From assembly GCF_033153115.1 (NCBI RefSeq), contig NW_026889795.1, positions 12,338,001 to 12,402,000 of the forward strand: 64,000 nucleotides of DNA. Direction: 5' to 3'. Positions 54,409 to 64,000 of the stretch are shown here, piece by piece. Both the position numbers and the translations under genes were made by a program. Positions within the stretch are counted from its first letter, which is position 1. Each line of letters starts with the position of its first letter. The notes below the pieces were generated by a model, which was not told where the DNA came from, searched no databases, and was given only the letters and a program-made list of their open reading frames with translations. This DNA comes from Saccostrea echinata (taxonomy: Eukaryota).

Positions 54409-55551
54409 GTTGTGACATAAAAGTCTATTTTTAGAAGAGTTGGTCATTTCACCATGTTTTTGTCAAACGAAATAAGAAAAGTTTTAAATATGCTTCGAGT
54501 ATAATCTTACCAAAATATGGAGTGAAGACCTACTCATATTTAAAAAGTATGATATAGGAGGAAAAAATGACCATTTTTGCCCTCTTTTGGTGTGTATCTG
54601 CTATTTCATAGATTAATAATATTAATCGTTATAAGATTGCAAAGATTTTACATAAGGTATACAATAATGTTACATGAAGTATCAAAGAAAATTTTGACAT
54701 GATTAAGATTTAACTTTTTACATCTTTTTTTGTCACACAATAGGCATTTACTTGCCTTGTTTGCCCATCATCTTTATCAGTAGATAAGGTTTATGATTCA
54801 GACGGCATCTGATAATGCAGCAATAAAATGTAAAATGATAGAAATAACTGCACTATGCTCACTTTTTTCCTCCCAGAGCTCTTCTTTTCATCTTCAATTT
54901 CTTCCTCTTCATTTCCTCAACTTTTTCTTCTATTGCAAGTTCTGTAAAAAAAAAAATCCAATTCGATAAACTACTAAACTGACAAAAACTCAATTTGTCA
55001 AGTTTCGGATTTTACCAGATTCATGAAAAATCTTGGCATACTGAACCTTTTTAGTGATTTATCTGAGAAAAGAGTGGTTAGTAACTTATTCGTTTTCTGT
55101 ACCTGCTTGACTTCGACAGAAACGTTTTGGTACTAGAATGTGAAATACATACTTTTGTTATTACCTAAAATATTTCCATGACCTCAAATTCACCTATATT
55201 TCTTGCTGCTATTAAAGCCTGGTCAAGAAATAACGTTTCCCCTATAACAGGCATCAATTAACAAGGTTATGATTCAAAGTTTCAAAGTGTGCAGCTTGAT
55301 TCACACAAAAGAAAAAAAAACATGACTGAACAGATTTACAAGTACTTGCAAAGACTAGAAATGTGTCTTGATCGACATTTTCAGCCTAAGGTAAAGTCAG
55401 GGCATAGTCATGTAACATGTAACATTTTTCATGATGAATTACCTATATACAGTCCAATCTCATTATCTTAAACTAGATGACACAAAGTAAAAAAAAAAAT
55501 AAAGATGTTCCTGGGTTCCAGTAAAGAGTACTCAAATACCACTTAATCATA

Positions 55552-55728
55552 CAGTGAAACCTGTGTAATCCGACATGCACTGGGAGACAAATTTTTTGTC
55601 GGAATAGATAGGGCGTCGTATTGATCAGTGTAAAAAAACATAGAAAAAAGTAAAATGGGAATGAAATTTAACCTTGGAATTTACAGTGTGACAGATTGCA
55701 CAGGCGTCAGATTAGACAGTTTTCACTG
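55552..55728. mobile_element. TA-flanked MITE (same family as 5415-5592)
   Basis: ta|cagtgaaa ... tttcactg|ta. Confidence 0.85.
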
Positions 55729-55744
55729 TACAATCATATAATTA

Positions 55745-56055
55745 TGGAGATAACAAAGCTCAAGAGTCCATAGAAAAAATACAAATCAGGAGCAAACACG
55801 GACCACTAAAAACATCAGAGGTGGGATCAGGTGCAATATAGGAGTAAACATCCTCTGCCAATCATTCACATTTGATGTGTGCTCCTTGTCATGATCGGGA
55901 AAACGGAAAAGTCTGTAGACAATTCAATGTGTAAACAGACAATTCAATGTGTAAATGATGGCCAAACAATTAGTATTAAAAACATCAGTCCGCATTCGAC
56001 TTACATGTAATGAAAGATTGTTTTTGCTGACAAGGTCATTGTATCGACCATAGCT
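55745..56055 (-). mobile_element. Penelope-like 3' fragment
   Basis: Reverse complement matches the 14950-15480 element end. Confidence 0.65.
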
Positions 56056-56817
56056 AATTACACACATGCAAGTCACTACATCCAGTCAAAGTTGATGTTT
56101 TGATATTTTTTCTCAAAATATTTATGAAAGAATAAGATAAGTACATGGTAATTTTGTTGACTTGAAGAAATACATTGATGGGGAAGGGGGGGGGGTACTG
56201 TGATAATAATTACCTAGTCCTTTTTCATTCTGCCTTTTTCTTTATTTCTTTCCCTTTCTCTTCCGTTCCACCCTCTGGCTCATTATCTTCCATCACTTCA
56301 TCCCTCTCAGAAATGGTTTCCAGTACAGATAAAGTGGTTGATGAATGACTTACTCAAAATTATGGACCCATGATATAGATGTTGTAATAATGTTACATGA
56401 CACACACTGCAAGTCACTGTGCCCTGTAAAAATTGTTAACTTCTTCATTTATATTTAAGGATCAAGAACTAAATAAGAATTCATTCTTAAGTTTTACAAA
56501 AAAACTATATAAATCAGGATTTGAGAGGGCTTTGTAAAAATACTGTGAGATACATAATGTAATAACCTTGTCCTTTCTTCACCTTGTCCTCCTTGTTCTT
56601 CAGCTTTTTCTCCACTTCCTCATCTTCCTTCATTAAATCTTCCCTAGTAGCTGCTTCTAGTAGAAATAAATACCAATAAAATAAATTAAAAAAATCTTGA
56701 CTCAAGAAACAGTAATGGTTACACATATTATAAAAAAAGAACATTCTTAGAATATTTGTGAAGAACTAAATAAGTATTTTAGCCAATTAAAGTAAAAGAC
56801 ATTCCTATCGAATAGAA

Positions 56818-57350
56818 AACAAGAAGTCTGTGATCGAGCCAATGCTCACTAGTAATTATAATTCCCGCACTGATTTGAATTTGGTACGGACAAGCACAGG
56901 GGTAAACAGGAAGTTGACGTCAAATTCATACAAAAATGAATCCCACCATATGGCATGCCTAAACAATTTAAAAGTGTGCTAAACTTTCAAGCATCATCCT
57001 TAACAGTTGTTGAGAAAACTGTGATGGAAATTTAGTACGGACAGATGGAGGGATAAACAGGAAGTTAACATGGGATTCCTACAAAAATACATCCTACCAT
57101 ATGGCATGCCTAAACAGAGAGCGTGCTAAAATATTAAGCACCTTCGATGAGTAGTTGCTGAGAAAAGTGCAACAGAAATTTGGTAAGGACATGGATATAA
57201 TAAATATGACTAATTTAAATCATGTTTCTGTCATTCCATGTAAACTTTGATCCTCTTCTGTGGCCCTACCCTACCCCTAGGGTCCATGAATTGAAGAAAC
57301 TTGAATCTACACTACTGGTATTTCAGGAAGCTTTCAAATACATGCAAGTT
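56818..57350. mobile_element. Helitron-type fragment (family of 49648-50570) followed by a satellite monomer related to 58780-59584
   Basis: Same acaagaagtctgtga..gagccaatgctcact start and two ~152-bp repeats. Confidence 0.65.
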
Positions 57351-58779
57351 TCTCAATTAATGCAAAATTGGTTATTTTCACTGGTTTAAATTTTCTTGAT
57401 TTGAGGGGATTTAATTTGTGGTTGAAAAAAAAAACATATGACACCATATCATAAAATTTCGATATTTGGTTTCACTACAATGTATACTAGTAGCTTAACA
57501 CTGGAGGTTTTTTTTATATTTTGCCTACCATGAAATGAGACCTTGATTTTTAAGGTTTCATTTAAAACACATGCATCTTTCACTTATAGAGTCACAGCTT
57601 AGTAACCGAACAATCTCATTACCTATTTCAAACATCTTGGATTGACAAGGTGCTAGAAACAAGAATTGAACAGGGACCTAATAATTATAATGCGAGTACC
57701 GACAACAACTACCGTCTAGGCTACTGTGATTTGTCAGTTTCAGGAATTAAGATAAGGGATATCAATAATGAACACTTAAGTAATTATTGCAAAATATAAA
57801 GTCTAAACATTTCGGAAAGACTATGAATTTTAAATTAATTCTACTGATTTAGTTAAAAGTTTTTGTTAGAGACTGATAAAGGAGACTTAAATTTTCAATT
57901 CAACTTTCCAGCATCATGTTTTATACAGTGTAAGCATGGCCTGACTAAATATATGCCTGAGATATTTTAATGTCAGGGTTCAACACTAATGTTAGTCCGT
58001 TAGTCTGATCAGACTAATACATTTTCATTTGGACTAATAAAATCTGTCGCTAGTAAGTCCCAACAGACCAATAAAAATTTCTGGAAAACAAAATGAATAA
58101 ATTACGATTTTCAACAACATTTACTAGAAAACCCTGCATGTATTTTTAGCTTTCTAGCATCTTAGCAGGTAGTAAGGTAATTCTGAGTCAAGTTGGCACT
58201 TAATTTTACGACTGACTGATGTGAAATTAAACATTTTAGTGATTATGATTTAGTCCTGTACAAACAATTAAGGTGGATTCCGCCCAGAATTTCGTTGGAC
58301 ACCAAGGGTATTCCACCGAATCCACAAATTCCAGGCTCTCAGAGATTCCGCCTAAATTTAACAGATTCCAGTCATCAAATTCTAGGCTGAATTTAGTTCA
58401 GTGGGAAAATAGCTGGAAATTACAAAAAGAAATATTTTGGACAGTTTAAATGGAATCTATATATGTTATTTCAATTCTAGGTGGAATTTCAATTTCCATG
58501 CAGGCAGAATGTCAATTTCCAGGCGGAACTAATTACATTTTCGCCTCAAGCTAGTCTCCGCTTGGTTAACGCTTGGTTTCTGCTTATATTGCTTTAACAT
58601 TTATCATGTTTATAGTAAGTTTTACGCCTGGAATTTTACTGAGAATTCTGTCTTGATTATGCCTTTTTCCAGGTGGAACATTTTGTACAGGGTATGATAC
58701 ATAAAGATGTCAAACGTTTTGAGTATAATGAACGAGATCAGGAATATGTTCATACTTCCTGCATGATCACGAGATTTTA

Positions 58780-59375
58780 AACAAGAGGCCCAGGGGCCAC
58801 ATCGCTCACCTGAGCACTATGGCTAGGAAAAAGCAGAATTCAGTTCAGTCTTGAAAGGTTGAAAAGTTTAAATAAAAAAGTGGTTGGGGGGGGGTGTCAT
58901 GAATTGAACAAATTTGAATCTAAATTATCTGAGGATGCTTCAATTTAAATATGACCAAACATGACTTTGCTGTTCTTGAGTAGAAGATTTTTAAAGATTT
59001 AACCTATGTATTCCTATGTAAAACTTTGATCGCCCATTGTGGCCCCACCCGACCCCCGGGGGTCATGATTTGAACAAACTTGAATCTACACTATCTGAGG
59101 AGGCTACCATATAAATATGACCAATCATGGCTTTGCTGTTCTTGAGAGAAAATTTTTAAAGATTATTCCTATATATTCCTATGTAAAACTTTGATCGCCC
59201 ATTGTGGCCCCACCCGACCCCCAGGGGTCATGATTTGAACAAACTTGAATCTACACTACCTGAGGATGCTTCCACATAAGTTTCATATTTTCAAGCACAG
59301 TGGTTCTTGAGAAGAAGATTTTTTAATGATGCCATTAATTTTTCACAAATTCTTAATTATCTCCCCTTGGAAGAA

Positions 59376-59410
<35 letters not shown>

Positions 59411-59413
59411 ATT

Positions 59414-59495
<82 letters not shown>

Positions 59496-59584
59496 ACAAC
59501 AACGACAATGACAACAACAACGACAGACAACGGACAAATTCTGATCAGAAAAGCTCACTTGAGCCTTTGGCTCAGGTGAGCTAA
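58780..59584 (-). mobile_element. Helentron-associated non-autonomous element (HINE-like) with internal satellite repeats
   Basis: Sub-terminal gctcacctgagc at both ends; hairpin gctcacttgagcc-ttt-ggctcaggtgagc; aac/gac microsatellite; internal ~132-bp repeats; A/T-rich target without TSD. Confidence 0.85.
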
Positions 59585-59644
59585 AAATCTTTGGAATGAA
59601 ACACTTCATGTACTTTCAAAAAACTATAAAAAGTACATTGTAAT

Positions 59645-60113
59645 CAGTCTTCGACAAATCCCGGGAGTCCGAAGCCCAGGACCTGGTAAAATTGTAAGGG
59701 GGCATGTGGAAATTGCATACTTACAAGCCCAAAGGGCATGTGAATTCTGAGTCCTAAGCCTCCGTATTATCAAATTAAGTAATACCAATAACATTAAATG
59801 TACTTAAAAGTCTGATTTTTCATCTGAAGTGGAGCACCAAATAAAATTTTAACGATAGTTTATTCTACCACGATTTCCAGGGAACTCTTTTGCAAAAGAA
59901 ACACAAAAAGTGTACAGGTTGAAAACAATATTAATGGCTAGACAATAGATCGATAGAAATGGATTTCGGATCATTTCCTTGCCATGAAAAGGCAAATAAG
60001 AATAAAATTACTTGATAAAATTCTGGGCATGTGAATACTTGCTCGGGCTAGCGTAATAAGTGGTTAAACCTGCCCGAAGGGCATGTACTGAAAAAAAGAT
60101 TTGGCAAAGACTG
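59645..60113. mobile_element. TIR element with 9-bp TSD (469 bp)
   Basis: TIR cagtcttcgacaaatc / cagtctttgccaaatc; cattgtaat on both flanks. Confidence 0.85.
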
Positions 60114-60773
60114 CATTGTAATGTTTATTTTTAGATAAATCATTACAAAACACTGATCTTTCCTTTTTTGACGGACTCATGTGAAGTAGTAAAAGAAGGA
60201 CATGTTTGTTGAAACACCCTGTATTAAAGGGATTTCAACGCTTATGTACATGATGTATTTGTTTAATCATTCATCCCACCCCAAAACAAAAAAAAGAAGC
60301 TTTTTAAAACAATTCTACTTACGCATTAGAAGTACTGCCAGATTCAAAATATAATTAAATGGGTTTGTGTTCACTGGCCAATAGTTTTAAACACCATCTG
60401 CAGGAACCTTGAAGTTTTCCTGTATCACCATGAACCTAAAAAAATCGATGTTATACTTCAGTATCACAAAACATCCATCCTAAAACATTCACAGACAGAC
60501 ATTACACACATACAAACGTTCCACGTTCCATTTATGTTCATTATTTGAAAATAATCATAAATTGTGAATTTGCTTCATCTTGCACTGATTTAAGTCCCAA
60601 CATTGTTTAGTTAAATAAATAATACAGTTAAAAAGCATGTTTTACTGACCATGCTGACAAATAATACATTAGACAAAATTAATACATGTATCGATCATGC
60701 TATCAATAAAATATGAAAAATGTTAGTGTGCATGTTTACACACACTTGAATAAGTTGACTGACTGCTTCCAAA

Positions 60774-61735
60774 TGTGACAGGATTTGGTTACACGGTACC
60801 TATGTAATTAGAAAATTACACGGCACCAATGTGACAGGATTTGGTTTTACCTTCAGTCTTAGGTACCACTCACGGCACCAATGTAACCGTATTTGATCGT
60901 ATTAAAGTACTTCTTTTATTTCTCAAATTAACTCGTCAAATAACACACATTTTCTTTATGAATAATGGTACTTCGCGTTTTATACCAACTTCTTATTAAC
61001 CAATTAATAAACCTTTTGTATCTCAAATAGTCACGAAAGTGACTTACTAACCCAAGAATTTTTATAACAAGAGTTTGCAAATTAACAAGTATTTATTATG
61101 GCAACAATTGTGTTTAATTAACAGCACAAAAATATTTACATTTATATATTTACAACGAAAACTGATGTACTAACGACCTTCCTATATACTTATGGGCCTC
61201 AATAAAAAATATTGCCTACCTAACAGATGTACGAAGTCCAGAGCCCGTTCTACCCAATGCTAAGTCCGAAGAAAAGTGACCCACCCCTGCACGAAAAATC
61301 TACTATGCCTAACTTAACAGGTTTACCAAAAATAGAAATAAGGAACTGGAAATTAACAATAAAATGGACGTATAAATAAGGAAAACAAAAAGGACAACTT
61401 AAACGAATGAACGAGACAATTCATTACCAAGAATTTTGAACGGGACAGGGACAGAGACCGGGATCCACCCCGATTATCAGAAAGTGAGCTGGCACGAACC
61501 TTTGAGAAGGTTCCAAACCAACTGAAGTATACATGAAATACTGGACTTTAAATACACCGCGATCTGAAGGTGTGTCTCTCTTATCCAATCAAAATCTACG
61601 TTCTATGTATAACCCAGACAAGGACGTTTCCCAAATCATTGTATAAAGCTAGAAAGTTTCCGAATGTATAATAAACGATCTAACCAATCCAAGTTATCGT
61701 TATTTACTAGCTCAGTAAAATCCAATCCTATCACA
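60774..61735 (-). mobile_element. Solo LTR (962 bp), probably Ty3/Gypsy
   Basis: TGT..ACA ends with imperfect terminal inverted repeat; 4-bp TSD caaa; minus-strand TATA-like (~61185) and AATAAA (~60915); embedded PBS-like motifs. Confidence 0.75.
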
Positions 61736-62828
61736 CAAAGAATGTACATGTCCTCATTCATGTAATCCTGTTCCATGATAATAGTTTTCATTTATACCCC
61801 TTCATAAAATGACACATGCATGTCACTTACATACTGCAAGACCCTGCCGGCCTGTACATTGAGTACACTACTTTCACTTTGAACTTGAACTTGACTGAAT
61901 ACCGATTCCGACCTCGTTTGTGAATTTTTGTGTACATATTGAATCCTTATGTAAAAATATATTCAACTTAGCTTTGAATTAATAAATAATATAAATTGAC
62001 ACATTGATTGAATTTATTCGCTACATACATGTAACTGTAAACAACAGGAGGTATGAGAATTAGCTGTATGTTCATAAGGGGGGGGGGGGGGTTACTCCCA
62101 TATGAAACTGTCTGGGTGGTTTAACCACAGGCACAAATTTAGCTTCCATAAACCTGTAACAGACTAGCATTTCTCCTCCTATATATGTAAAATATGTATA
62201 GAAAGCCATGCGAAAAAGTGGTCAAGGCAAGAACAGGCATGGGATAATGACTGAAATATAACATAACACAGTTTTACAAATAAACCCTTCACAGAAAGTT
62301 GTGCTAGGTTCCCTACATAAACTCATGGATTCTGAAAAACCTGTACCAGAAACCTGTGCCATTTTCCGTATCTGGAGACCCTGATTTGGGAATCCGACCA
62401 TGTCAAAAAATAACCAAATATGGAGTCATGAGATCTGCATGTGCCTTAATTAATTCATCTAGATCTGGGTTAGGATCTTGGAGAATCCCCTGATGTTGCT
62501 GTAGATGCCAAATAGAGACTGAATACAAACTTTACAATGCTTTACATTATTAATTTGATTAGTTTTAGAATTTTTAAAGTTTGAAATTAATACATGTATG
62601 AGAGTGCCACATTCATTTTTATAGAACTTATCTACACTATCATTTTAACAATTTATAGTAGTTTCTTATTAAGAATCAAATGATTCAATGCACAATTCTA
62701 TAGTAATTTAACTTAATTAGGCCAAATGAAAAAAATTATGTGTTTCTGGTGACATATGCTAAAAAAAATTAGGCTAGGTAAGTAGGGAATAACTTTTTTT
62801 TTACTTTACTGTTAATTTTGTTTACTTG

Positions 62829-63100
62829 ATTGTTTGTTGTTTAATTCCCTTTCGAGAAATTTTCACTCATATGGAGATGCCACTACTTGTCGGTGGAGGG
62901 CTGCAAATTAATAGACCTATACTCCGCTCTCAGTGAGGGATCTTTTTCATGCCAGCACCTACTGCGACATAGGACCTCTGTTTATATGGTCTCATCCGAA
63001 GGACCGGTCTTCACGTCCCACAGTGGGATTCGAACCTGCAATCTAAGGATCAACTCCTTACTTCGCGACTCTAGAGCAAACACTCTAACCACTGCGTCAC
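62829..63100 (-). mobile_element. tRNA-derived SINE
   Basis: Minus-strand A box TGACGCAGTGG (63089-63099), B box GGTTCGAATCC (63026-63036) and (caaa/caat)n tail. Confidence 0.85.
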
Positions 63101-64000
63101 ACAAGCAACACTTTTTATTTCGAAAGCATCAAATAATTATTCTGTACATTGTTTTTCTATCATATACATGTACATAAACATNNNNNNNNNNNNNNNNNNN
63201 NNNNNNNNNNNNNNNNNNNNNNNNNNNNNNNNNNNNNNNNNNNNNNNNNNNNNNNNNNNNNNNNNNNNNNNNNNNNNNNNNNNNNNNNNNNNNNNNNNNN
63301 NNNNNNNNNNNNNNNNNNNNNNNNNNNNNNNNNNNNNNNNNNNNNNNNNNNNNGACTCTTGGATAAACAGGTTTTTACAGTGTACGAGACATGCATTTTA
63401 TGGACTGCACTACGAGAAAACTTTACTATGAACAAAAGTACGATTCAAAATCTCGATTTGGAATAAAAAGTAGTAGAGTCGGTGGGTAAAATTAGGTCAG
63501 CTGGGTTATGGGAAATACATGTTGTTGTTTTTTTTTCAGCCTAAGTTTGTTCAATTTGAATTTAATAAAATCATGACTTTCTTTATCATGTGATGACACA
63601 AAATGAAATGAGATTGTTAACTTACGTTAAATCATCATTGATCAACAAAGACTATTTCAATGTCTGTCAGCTTGCATTGAAACATCCAAGGATAAAGATT
63701 TCAAATGGCTTCTATATTAGACTTACTTACTTAGACTTTTAGTTCAAAAGTGACAAAATCATTCAAGTTGACCTAAGTACAATTCCAAGTGATATACATA
63801 TATATTAGTTATGTATCTTTTATAAATTAAGAAAGACACAAGCTATATTAGCTCAGGATCATGAATCCTTCTAATCTGATTTGCACAAAGGAAGTTATGA
63901 TCATGCTATGTAAAAAGCCGTGAGATTAAAAATACATGTATATAGTTTGAACTAAATCTGCCTCATTCAAATTTTGTAAGTTAGAAACTGTCTTCTTGGG

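Larger units (their letters stand above)
51830..62518 (-). pseudogene. Degenerate, unidentified multi-exon locus (pseudogene or non-coding)
   Basis: AG/GT-bounded segments at 61831-61945, 60323-60435 (stops in all frames), 56567-56656 (EAATREDLMKEDEEVEKKLKNKEDKVKKGQ) and 54863-54941 (ELAIEEKVEEMKRKK..); a frameshifted Glu/Lys-rich segment from 56214. Confidence 0.35.

Noticed and set aside
63010-63100. tRNA gene suggested by A and B boxes
   Set aside because: Continues into a SINE body and simple-repeat tail, with a second diverged copy at 432-678; no cloverleaf evident

Overview
AT-rich eukaryotic genomic DNA with GT-AG introns and four N-gaps (19663-19925, 25401-25564, 36356-36490, 63182-63353). 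The repeat families suggest an oyster-like bivalve; this is inferred from recalled motifs, not from a search. Left end: the last five coding exons of HPRT (+). Centre: the main finding. The 2190-aa ORF at 28034-34606 appears to be only the last exon of a seven-exon gene (18751-34606, +), rebuilt by hand from phase-compatible splice sites. It encodes a ~2,400-aa type I membrane protein: signal peptide, 10-Cys ectodomain, stalk, one TM helix, a cytoplasmic STAND-type (nSTAND3-like) P-loop NTPase and 48 near-identical ankyrin repeats built by hierarchical duplication. This looks like a membrane-anchored NLR-like receptor. A ~2.4-kb near-perfect inverted repeat ends ~580 bp upstream of its ATG. 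The rest is transposon-rich: nested Penelope-like/IS3EU-like/Harbinger elements, TA-targeting MITEs, hAT-like elements, SINEs, LINE and Copia relics, Helitron-type elements carrying satellites, a solo LTR with two embedded tRNA-His primer-binding sites, a composite satellite and a degenerate minus-strand multi-exon locus. No database searches were run. Family names rest on termini, TSDs and motifs read by eye.
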